Part shown: piece by piece, positions 26,110-37,279 of the stretch
How positions within the stretch are numbered: the first letter of the stretch is position 1
Layout: the number at the start of each line of letters is the position of its first letter
Assembly: GCA_001938485.1 (NCBI GenBank)
Contig: MQRK01236597.1
Span: 1 to 61,310 of the forward strand
DNA length: 61,310 bases
Reading direction: 5' to 3'
Source: Girardia tigrina
Lineage: Eukaryota
Program-made: the position numbers and the translations under genes
Notes under the pieces: generated by a model
What the model was told of the DNA's origin: nothing
Database searches by the model: none
What the model saw: only the letters and a program-made list of their open reading frames with translations

Positions 26110-26709
26110 CGGTTTAATGACATTAAATCATTTGTTTATTTGATAGCTATTAAGAACATTTAAACAAGTTCTTTTTTAAATATTTAACCTCTTAAAAATA
26201 TTAATTAAAAATATCAATTTTTACCACATTTAAATAAATACGAAAATAATAAAAATGACATCAAATTATTGAAAGTGCATATATAAAAACAATACTTGAT
26301 CAGTTAAATTTAAATTTAACTAAAAATTACTAAACTTAATTTTAATTCTGAAATTGAAGATGTGAAATTTTTTTGAAAATTATAATAAAAATTACTTATA
26401 AAATGATTATTTTAATTATGTTCGAATAGTCAATCACTTAAATTTAATAAAAAATACCAATTTCCATTTGGGTGGGAGAATCACCATTCTAAATTCAACA
26501 TACTTAAATCAACATACAGCATCCATACATTTACACATTCAAACTATTTAAAATATTCCTCACAATCTCGTTCTTCAGTTTTACGTTTTCGAGTTTTAAC
26601 TATTTCATATGTTCCCGATCGTGCTTCACATAATAAAAATTTTGATCATCATCGACGAGTCTTGTTGGCTCTTGTTCATCTTTGATAAGATCGATTGCTT
26701 TTGAGTTCA

Positions 26710-26885
26710 CAATGTTCAAAGGTGTAAGACAGGGTTGTGTCCTGAAACCGACATAGTTCAATATTATGTTTGACAAAGCACTCAAACTAGCAGAAGCAAA
26801 TTGGATTACAACTACGAAATGAGGACGGAACCGAACTGAATGTCAATCATTTAGCATACGCAGATGACCTTTGTCTCATTGACTA
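26710..26885 (+). mobile_element. RTE-like LINE reverse transcriptase fragment
   Basis: KGVRQGCVLKPT*FNIMFDKALK...HLAYADDLCLID, similar to the element at 51330-54270. Confidence 0.8.
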
Positions 26886-26888
26886 AGA

Positions 26889-29800
26889 CTATAATGAGTT
26901 AACAAGAAATCTGTGTTCAGCGTTTTTCTTGTTTGAATGTTTTATGGTGTGCGTGTCGGTGTTGCTTTGTTGTGTTGGGAAAGTGTAGGTTATTGTGGCA
27001 GGTGTTTTTATTGGTGCGGCCAGAAGGTCGGTTATAATGCTCAAGTTCTCGTGTTGGGATGATGAAGCGTGCGTGATTGATTTTTCGATGGAACCGTCAT
27101 CGTCTATGAAGAATGCGGGTTTGGTGTTGGACAGGTGAACCCCTATTTCTTTGTTGTCCTTTAGAATTTTGGCATTATGGAAAAAGAGTTGGACGATTTT
27201 GAAAGGGCCTGTGAATGATGGAGCTAGATCGGATGTGTGTTGGTTCTTTAACCAAAGATATTTGACTTCGTATAGTGATTTCGCTAGGTGCGGCTTGAAA
27301 TTGTTATACACCTTGCAATAATAATTGTCGTCCATGTAATCAAAGTGGAGTCTTGCTTTTTGGATGTCTGACTCTGATGGCGGGGCGTTTTGATCGATGA
27401 GGTCGGCGATGAAACGTGCTAAATGACCAAATACAGCCTGGGTGGGTGAAGTGTTGGTGGAAGAACAAGGTGTGTTGCATCAACCTAAAAGTACGAATGG
27501 TAACACATCGATCCAACTGTTAGTCTTTTCAGCAAGGATTCGCATTGATGTTTTGAAAGTGCGATGAAAACTTTCGATTGCACCGTTGGTTTGTGGATGG
27601 TAAGCTAAGATTTGGATATGAGTGGTGCCAAGGCGTCTGACTATATCTTTCAATAAACCTACCTCAAATTGTCTTCCTTGGTCGGAGATTAGATGTTTTA
27701 TGGCGCTGAAACAGCAGACCCACGTGGATAGGAACGTTTTGGTGATCGTTTCTGCGTCGATGTTGCGGAGTGGCATGGCTTCGGGTAATTTGGTGGCTCT
27801 ATTGATCATCGTTAAAAGGTATTGGTAGCCGTGATTTGATGGTAAACGTCCGACGATGTAGATGTGGACCGTATCGAATTGGGTTGATAAGGGTAGTGAT
27901 AAAGTTTTGGTTTTAACTTCCGGTTTATCTTGTATTTTTGGCACGATAAACATTGCTCGACACATTGATGGACGTCACCCCGCATCTATGGCCAAATCAC
28001 GCATGTGTGTAACAGATTGTATATATTAGCGTTTCCGGGGGGATTGAGGTTGTGGATGTGGTCGAAGGCTGTTTTACACAAGGTCTCGCTAAGTATTGGT
28101 CTTGGGGTGTCTGGAAGGGAAAGGTCGAAATGTATTCTCTTGATTGTGGATATTTGTTTAAATTTCGATAAATCATTTGCGGATGGTGGATTTTTTTAGG
28201 AGCTTTTGTGGTGTGAAAATTGGTTGGAAATCGATTGATGCGACTGAACTGGAAAGGCAATCGGCGGCGACGTTTTCTTTGCCGGGGATGTGCATTATCG
28301 AGAAACTGAATTCAGAAAGAAAGGATATTTGCCCTTGTTGGCGTAGTGATGGGTCTTTCATGGATAGAATATAAATTAAGGGTTTGTGATCAGTTATTAT
28401 GACAAAGCGATGGCCAATCAAAAACGGTTTAAAATGTTGACGGTGAGGGAAATTGCGAGCAGTTCTCGACTGAACATGGAATAACGTTGCTCGAGGGGGT
28501 TGAATTTGTAAGAAAAGAACTCTAGGGGTTCGGCATTGCTAGAGATAATTTGTTGCAGCACTGCGCCAGCGGCAACATTGAAAGCATCTGTAATGAGCTC
28601 CAAAGGTGCACCTTTTACGGGGTAGACTAAAACAGTTAATTTTGTCAGGGCTGCCTTGACCCTTGTCTGAATTCTTCTGACCATTGGACGACTTGTTTTT
28701 TTGGTCCTGAGCTGGCTGCAGAAAGTGGTGCCGTTAATGATGAACAGTTGGGGACGTACCTCTGACAATAATTCACCATTCCTAGAAAACTGCGGAGGTC
28801 AGAGACGGTTTTCGGTGGTGTGATGAACTGTATGGATTGTAGTTTATTTTCGAGTGGTGAGTGACCATGATCTGAAATGGTGTGGCCTAAGAAGGTAACA
28901 GATGGTTTAACGAAATTACATTTACACCATTTTATCTGTAAGTTGGCCTCTTTTAATCGCGAGAAAACTAGTTGGAGGTGTTGGATGTGTTCGCTAGTGT
29001 TGGGTGAAGCGATGAGTATATTGTCTATATAAGGGTGTGCAAAAAGGAAATCGGCGAGAATTTCGTCTATGTACCGCTGAAAGGTTTGTGTGGAGTTGCG
29101 TAGGTCAAAAGGCATCCGGATGTATTCGAAAAGGCCAAAAGGTGTTGTGACGGCTGTTTTAGCGATATCTGTCGGGTTTACTGGTACTTTGTGAAGGTCG
29201 ATCGTTGAAAAAATGGTTGACGAGGTAATTCGGTGAAAGATATAGGTTAATAGTGGGAGTGGGTAGCTATCTGAGACTGTTGCAGAATTGAGGAGTCTAT
29301 AATCTCCACATGGCCTCACGGTACATTCCTTTTTGGTGGCTATATGCAGGTGTGTGGCCCAGGGTGATGCTGAACGGCGTACGATTCCATCTTTTTCGAG
29401 CGTCAGGAATTCTTTCTCGACAGTTGAGCGTATGTTTGGCGGTATCGGTCGTAGTTTTGTTTGATAGGGTGATAATGTGGTGATTATGTTATGTTGCGTG
29501 TTATACTTGGAGTTGACTGTCTTTGACTTCGGAATTGTGTTCTTGCAGGTAATGTTAATGTAGTCGATTAGTTCTTGTGGTAGTGATGCCGTGTATGGTT
29601 TAATGTTTTCGTGATCTGTGGTGTTGTGATATGTTTGTTGTGGTTGGCTGTTAGTTGTCTGTTGTGCTTGTTTGCATGTTTTTGTGTTTCTATTTGTTGT
29701 AATATCGTGTTTAAGTTGATTTACTTCTTTGTTAAATTCATCGGAGAAATTTACGTGTTTTGATGTATTTGTGATTAAGTTGGAGTAAAGGTTGTTTGTC

Positions 29801-31474
29801 AATTTCTGTATGATTGTCGTTTTAGTATAGGTTCTGTGTGTTTGTGAGTGTTGTTTTTTGGTGTGGTGTTCTGTAATTTTTTGTTTTGGCAGTCAATGAG
29901 AATGCAGAAATGCGTGAAAAAATCGGCACCTAAGTTCGGGAATTCGACGTCGGCCACTATAAGCGTCCAAGTAAAAGGTTGTTTTCAAGATGGTTGAGTA
30001 AAATTCAGTATTGTGGATCCTGCTGTTTGAATCGGGGACCCATTTACTGCTCTGAGGACGTCAAGATTGTGAGAATTTTGCTCTGGTCTGAAGGAGAGTG
30101 GTAGGAGTGATACTGCGCAACCAGAGTCTACGAGAAAGTTTATTTTTGGGTGTTTGGTGGTGAAAGTGGTGGCCTCGGTAAAGAAAACTTCTGGGGAGCT
30201 CGTGTCTATAAGCGATACGGTGATCGTTTGGCAGCGGTGTTATGTGCCTGCACTCATAGTTGCCGCTGGCTCGGGTCGGCCTAGCAGTTTAAAGAAGGGT
30301 TAGATTCTCTGGACTGCCAGTTGAAGGGTTGTGTGCATCGTCGGGTATTTTCCTTAAATTTGGCGTGGTAGATGCACGGGGAAAGGGAATATTTCTTTGC
30401 ATCGAAGAACTTGCAGCCTGCGTGGCACTTATTGGCGGAGGAGCTGGATTTGTGGTGGTAGTAGCAGATCTGTGGTTTGGGTGTTCTGGATCTGCCGCGG
30501 GCTGGACTACTCGAACGGGATGAAGATCGGGTGTGTAGTTTTGAAATACTTGCTGTTAGTTTAGAGAGTGTCTCTTTTAGGGCTTTTGTCTCTTCCTGTA
30601 GTGCCTGGTGTGGTTCTGCTGCAGTGATCGGTGATGGTGTTTGATTTGAGCGTTCGAGATCGATGGACCTGTCGGCAATCTTCGCCAGTTCATCTAGGGG
30701 GACTGAAGGCGGTACTACTGCCATCAACAATTGCAATTGTGGTGGTAGGGTTGCGGTAAACAACTGCCGGACGGTGTCGTCGTTGGTTATATTAATACCT
30801 AGTCTCTGCAGGTTAATTTGTGTAGTCACCAAATATTGGGATGGTAAAGCTGTGCCAAAAGAATAAGTTTTAAAATAGATCTGGAGTACATCCGGTTGGT
30901 GTGGTGTTGTTAAAGTTATTGTTGCCTTTTTTAGGTGTTCGTCAGTGTCGTTATGGTTTAATATTTGTGCCAGGTTCGTGATTTTGGTTAGGTAATCATG
31001 TGGCAGCAAAGAAAAAAGACTATAGGCTTTCTGGGAGGATGTGTTTAGGCCTGACGCGGTAGTCCAAGCATCGTGGATCTCGAGCCAAGATTTTGCGGAG
31101 GCTTGTGCGTCTAAGAAAAACTACACGCAGTTGATGGAGGGTGCTCGTGTTTCGGTTTTTTTTGCGGTTTCGGCCTCATCATTTTCGCCATGGGCCTTAA
31201 TGTGTGCCTCAATTAAGTTATTATTGTTGATGTATGTTTGTGTTTTAAATTGTATGTCAGGTGTGTTTGGGATGACTGTGCTGTGGAAAGTGAGATAGAA
31301 TTTTACTGTTTTGGTTGTCTGTGTAAGATGTGTTATCTTAATGTACATCTGTTGAGCGGTGTATTGTGGTGAGATTTGCATTGCGTATGTTTTGTTGTTT
31401 ATATATTTGATTTTTAGTTGCATAGTGTTTTGTTGTGTGTTGTCTTCGTGATGGGGCATTTGTGGTAGAGGCAT
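26889..31474 (-). mobile_element. Decayed Ty3/Gypsy retrotransposon, CsRn1-like clade: UBL-Gag / PR-RT-RH-IN
   Basis: Gag carries a Cx2Hx9Cx3C motif. Protease FLVDSGCAVSLLP...LGADF. RT RPCGDYRLLN, KTAVTTPFGLFEYIRMPF and YIDN (mutated YIDD). RNase H LITDAFNVAAGAVLQQ...YSMFSRELLAI and TDHKPL. Integrase FDTVHIYIVGRLP, SDQGRQFE, YHPQTNGAIESFH and FTGPFKI. Many stops and frameshifts; no LTRs seen. Confidence 0.92.
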
Positions 31475-31565
31475 GAAGATAGAGTGGGAACAAGAATCGA
31501 GGAACAGCCTTATAATTTTTCAGAATAATTAAATTTTCGTAAAATGATTTTTTTAAAAAAATGAA

Positions 31566-32090
31566 TGTGAGGATATTTAGATGTATATAAAATTTTATAA
31601 TAACATATTTCTATTTATAATTATAATATATTAATGGATCCAAAGTGTTCTTAATAAAATATCAGATTCAAATTATTGTGCAATTTGTTGTATTTTTAAT
31701 AAAATTTAAAATATTCTTATATGGAAACCACGCCAAATGTTGCATTCAATTTAGCTCCAAATACATTCAGCGGTAAAGAATATATCGACACTTTTATTTG
31801 AAATTGCAAACAATTCTTCGAAGTGGCGCAGATCAATGAAGTAATCCAGGGAATCGTCGTCAAAGCATTCATTAGTACAGATGTAATTATTACTTAGGAA
31901 TCAATGGATCCAAAAATTTCAAATTTCGAGGAACGATTGAGGAAAGCTTTCAGCTGGCCTATGTCATTAATTCAAGACCTGCAGAATTTAATATCATATC
32001 GAAAAGGCGCAGATTCCTCAAGCGCCTATTTCAATAAGATCGAGAAAAGGATTGACAAAGTTGTGGCTCATAAATGGAACAAGGGGCGAA
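31566..32090 (+). mobile_element. Short TGTGAGG LTR (31566-31721) followed by a decayed gag start
   Basis: The LTR is homologous to 33038-33222. The ATG at 31721 gives METTPNVAFNLAPNTFSGKEYIDTFI*NCKQFF (gag P..FSG....F...C motif). Confidence 0.65.
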
Positions 32091-32426
32091 TTAATGTCAT
32101 TTTTTGTTCTAAAATTTTATTTCCCTAAATCATTAAAAAAATATGATATTTAATGTGTTTAAATTCAAGTTTTTTCTAAACAACACATGATTTTAAGAGT
32201 TTTTTCCATTAAAACAATAAAAATTTTATTCAAATAATTCAATCCAATACTTTAAAAAATAATAATTTAATTTAACTTTAACGAAATACTTAAATTGATT
32301 TATGACATTTACTGTTCTTCTTAACAATTTATTGCATTGTTTCCCCGTACAAGACCGTAAGGAATATTTTGAAACATTCAGTATGTTGTATGTGGAAATT
32401 TTTCGTATGTTATTTTTGGTACCTTG

Positions 32427-32619
32427 TCTCTTACACAGGTCGATTGATATTTTTGAATATTTTTTGATTCAGATTGTTCGAACTCACTTTCATATTTAAA
32501 TTTTGATCATTTATTATTATAGCTTATAATAATAATTGATCATAATTTAAATATGAAAGTGAGTTCGAACAATCTGAATCAAAAAATACTTAAAAATATC
32601 AATCTACCTGTCTAAGAGA
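32427..32619. repeat. ~190-bp near-perfect palindrome (foldback/MITE core)
   Basis: About 95-bp arms with few mismatches around a 3-nt centre near 32523. Confidence 0.9.
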
Positions 32620-33030
32620 ACTATGGCTAATTGACGTCAAAACCCCATATGATACAAAGGGGCTTTTGAAGAAAATCAGAGAAGAAAACGTGAAAAAATA
32701 TAAGCAGCTGGCAGAAGAGGCGAAGCAAAACCACAGGGCCTGGATCGTACGACTGGGTACCCTGGTGGTAGGCTGCTTGGGTTCATGGACGGAGGACTAC
32801 GATAAGATGTTGACTTCCTTCAAGCTAACAAGGACCACACTGGTGAATCTTCGAAGAATGTGCGTTGTCTCCGACATTAAATATTGTGCAATAACCTGGA
32901 GCAAGCACAATACCGGCAAATGGAAGCCGATTCAAAACATGGATGGATGAGGCGTGATCGGCGCGAAACTTTGCAAAGGACGAGTTAGTTCGCAGTATCC
33001 GATGATTACCCATGGGAAACTACTTTATCT
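32618..33030 (+). mobile_element. 5'-truncated non-LTR retrotransposon with a restriction-like endonuclease (NeSL/R5/Utopia-like 3' end)
   Basis: LWLIDVKTPYD...ENVKKYKQLAEE...LVVGCLGSW...AITWSKH matches the RLE IDV..P.D / K..KY..L / VG.LGSW motifs. A short GC-richer 3' UTR follows. Confidence 0.8.
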
Positions 33031-33037
33031 TATAATT

Positions 33038-34400
33038 TATAAGGATTTTCTAACATTCATTACAATACAACAGATTACACAATAATTTGAATCTGTCACA
33101 AAATTTCTGAATATTAAAACACAGGAGATTTTATTCAGAATACTTTGGATCCATTAATGTATTATAACTATAAATAAAAATATATTATTATAAATACTTA
33201 TATACATCTAATTATCCTCACATCCCCCTCTTTAAAAGGTTTCAAACATTCTTTATTCATGTATATAACTTGACCTGAGTTATTGATCAACTCAACATTA
33301 CGATTATGTCTTTTATTCTTAATTTTGTATGGTCCTTCGTATCGATTTGAACCATTTTGTCTATTTTCTATCTTAACAAGCACGTTATCACCTTTGTTGA
33401 ATATTCGCTTTTGTTTTTCTTCCGACAATTTCTTTTTTTCCTTTTTTTCTTACACATTCGATTTTTTTTTTCATCTAAAGATAAATGTTTCCCTAAAATA
33501 ACTTTTGTAGGATTACATCCTATTCAATAGGACTTATTGTACTTTGTTTTGGCGCAATAATACTGAATTCAATTTCTAGTAACAGTTCCACCCAGTTTGT
33601 GTTTCGAATGTCTTGTAATGAGGCACTTACTGCATCTCGTAAAATTCGAAACTGATGTTCAATTATTCTGTTTGCCCTGTGATGATAGGCACTTGAAAAA
33701 TTAACTTTAATTAACATGAATTTTGCAAAATCTGTAAACGCTTTTGATTCAAAACCTTTCCATGATTTACATGGAGGCATACTGAGGAGCCAAATCTAAA
33801 TATCCAACGTTTCAAAATCGTATCGATGTCTGTTATTTCTTCTTGGGTGATCACTATGGTCAAATTTATATACCTTCTAAACCGATCAATTGTTCATAGA
33901 ATATTTTTCTTTCCATTTATAACAAGCAACGGCCCACAAAAATCCATGTAAGCATCCATAAAGGGATAAAACGAAATTAACGAATTCGTCTATTCTTTTG
34001 TTGGTCCTGGATTTGGTTTTGTTTTCTGAGATGAACTGCAACTGCAAAATACTAATTCATCAATTTTCGTAAAATCTTCCATGGCGTATTCATCTTTCAT
34101 AAAAGAGTATATTTTCTTTACTCTGGTATGACATAAAAACCTATGAAAAATAAAATAAATTCTTTTCTCATCGTTTGTGGAATGAAAATTCATCCGTCCA
34201 ATGTTCGAACACATCCTGACTCGATTCTGAATTTTGCATAGTCTCGTGAATTAACTTTAACCAATATTTCCTGTATCTCCTTGATGTTTTGCTGCCATAG
34301 AAGCGGTGATTCTTCTTGATGAAAGCTAACAAACGGGTTATATTTTACCCTTTTTATCTAGTTCATGTAACATAAGGCATTGTGAGCAAAAATTGCACTC
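33038..34400 (-). mobile_element. Gypsy integrase remnant + PPT + 3' LTR
   Basis: Integrase pieces HRFLCH...C..S, MDFCGPL, SSAYHHRANRIIEHQFR, WVELLLEIEFSI and RYEGPYKI. The PPT AAAGAGGGGGA (33233-33223) abuts TGTGAGG. The LTR spans 33222-33038. Confidence 0.8.
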
Positions 34401-35579
34401 AGTTCTCAAAAGAACATCTACATTCTGATGCAGCTTTTCTTTTATACTCCAATTTCATGTATAGACTGGTAAGATGATTCATCCAATTTTTGAACTGTGG
34501 GGAAATCGGGTTCTTTGTCGTCATCATGAAAGCTATGGCTTTATGATCTGTCCGCAATCAAAACCGTGCAGCATACAGAAAATGTTTGAATTGTTGGGTG
34601 AAATAGAAGATTGTCAACATTTCCTTACTGGTGATACAATATCCGATTTTGTGTTTCGTCAAATTATTTTTTAATTAATTTAATTGTTTACATTTTCCAT
34701 AAAAATTATACAAATTAAAGTTTTTATATTAAAAATTATATAATGTATAAAATAATATTCAAATAAATAAATAATTTTAATTGATAAGTTTTATTTTAAA
34801 AATGTTGATCTTTTTCAGTCAAGAATTAAATATAGCTTTTTTTATCAATTATTAAAATTTGTTAATTAAATTTAATTTTCCATTTTAAATATAGTTATAT
34901 AAAATCAATTATTGATTGAATTTCACTTTTTTTTAATGTTAAAAACAAAATAAAATTTTTTTAAAGTGTTACATAAAAGTAATTAAGTTTATTTTTTACT
35001 ATTACAATCAAAATTTCATGTGGTTTCAATGAGCTTTTAACTTAATAACAACTTTAACACAATTATATATAAATAAATATGTTCTCCATTTAAATTATTA
35101 TATTTCATTAATACATACCCTTTCTTTACTAGCAATGAAACTTTTGCTTGTTACACTATTCTCATTTTATTTTTTGAAAATTGTTTATTCGCAATCTAAC
35201 GGTGAAGGTTACATTCGAGATGGTAAATATAGTTCATTATTATTTATAAGTAATTAAAAAAATAAGGAAAGCAGTATGTTAAGATCTCTGGTCAAGAATT
35301 TTCTGCAGATTCTTCGAGTACAGTAAAGGTTGGTGAAGGTGATCGATGTTCCCTTTGCTTTATCATACCGGGAGGAGACCTAACCTTCTACGCAACATAT
35401 TATTGCAGAGAGTACATTATTTTTTTAATTACTTTAATTATTATCTTATTTTCAGTCCAAAGCCGAGTTATGTAAACAACAGATTTATATTCTCTTCTCC
35501 GTGTTAATCTGAATAAAGAATTTCTGATATAATTTATGTTTGGTTCATTAATCTGAATAGAAGTAGTAATTAAAATCAC

Positions 35580-35690
35580 ATTGTTAAGAGAACTCATACA
35601 TTTGATAGAACCTTTATTACATTCACAATTTTGATCATCTCTATAACAATCAATATTATTACTGCATTTAAATCCATCACTCAATGTTTA
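35580..35690 (-). pseudogene. Cys-rich LDLa-like exon remnant
   Basis: SDGFKCSNNIDCYRDDQNCECNKGSIKC resembles C.....DC.D..DE..C spacing, but there is an in-frame stop just upstream. Confidence 0.3.
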
Positions 35691-36255
35691 ATACTTCTTA
35701 TTCCAATCTGAACTAACTAGAAGAAAATTATTTTATTTAAAATATCTAATTTACATTTTATTGGCTAAAATAAAATTACTTTTTATAATTATGTTTAAAC
35801 ATTAATTTGATTTTCATTATTTAAAAATTTGCAAAAATAAAATCAATAAAATTATTTAAAATTTGCAATAATTAAAAATTAAATATTTCAATATTAAATC
35901 TAAATTTAAATAAATTAGTTTCAGATTATAAGAATTAAAGTACCAATCATCCATCTGATTAAGAGAGGCACAATTCCAAATCAACACACAACATTTAAAC
36001 ATGCAAACACTACACAAAAACATCAACACACCAAATATTCCTCACACACATAATACTATCAATTAAGATTCGAACATTTGACATGAAACTCTTTGTAAAA
36101 ATACAAACAAGAAGTTATCGTATTTTCCGGACTATATGCCGTACTGTTTTATAAGACGCATATTACATAAAAATAGAAAAAAATCCATAAACAAAAATAT
36201 ATTTTTTTGTTTAGGTCCCACCGGTATCAAGATGGAAATAAGATATAAATGTCTA

Positions 36256-36304
<49 letters not shown>

Positions 36305-37279
36305 AATATAAATGACAAATATAATCTTTTAATTTTTTATTCATAATTTTGAAAAAAGTTGTGACATATAAAGCGAGAAATACAATATTTATGCTGGTAA
36401 TGGTTGTTCATGTCAGTATTCGTATACATAAAAATATTAATTAACAAACAATAAAAAGATGTACTTAAATCAAATAAAATTCGAAAAAAATTAATAATAG
36501 TTCGCCAAATCTCGATATTTTAAATAAATCAAATGTATTAAACAGTCGTAAAATCGTTTTTGAAAATCAAAATTATAACTATTTTTTATTGATTTTTTTA
36601 CTCAAATATAAAATTAGATTTCTTAATTTTTCATTTTAAAATTATTAGTTCTGGATTTTAAAAATTTTATCTATTTTATATTAATCAAAATTTTTTGAAT
36701 TTAAGAAATATTTTATCTAATCACACTTTTAATAGCAATTATAAATTTTGTAATTATTTAAACTCGATTTTGTCAACTATTCCTTTTTAATAAAACCTAC
36801 TATGAAACATAATCTATGTAAAAATAATTATACATTTACGACAAATAAAACAATCTTACACAGATTTAAATTGAGGTTGAATTTTCAATTCTTTAACAAC
36901 AAAAAAGTGGACGTACAAGTGATTAACAATAGAAAAATGTCTTTATTAGTTTAGGACATTTTTAGTCTTAGAAATCGGTGCTCAAAAATGGATATTTTTA
37001 ATGAATAAAGATTCTTTACAGATCACGCATGATTTAATGCAGAAATTGCTCTACCAGAAATGATTATTAAGAATTATAATTGTAGAACTAGATAATATTA
37101 ATTGTTCTAAAAAGATAAAATTTCTCAAATGACTATTTTTTACTAAATAAAAAATATTACAAACATCCGCGAAACGTTGTACGGAATCCTGTCGATCTCC
37201 ACTTGATGAGGGTGGATGAAAGCTATTAGCACTATGAATGTGGAAGGTGAAGTAGAGCAAAAAAACTGAATAGTATGTC

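Noticed and set aside
24868-26564. Apparent DNA transposon with ~170-bp TIRs
   Set aside because: Better explained as two oppositely oriented copies of the TGTGAGG LTR-like repeat, since each extends as a full copy like 19548-20054.
32990-33025. Hammerhead-like CCGATGA...GAAAC in the LINE 3' UTR
   Set aside because: The core is mismatched (CCGA rather than CUGA) and stems I and III are not convincing.
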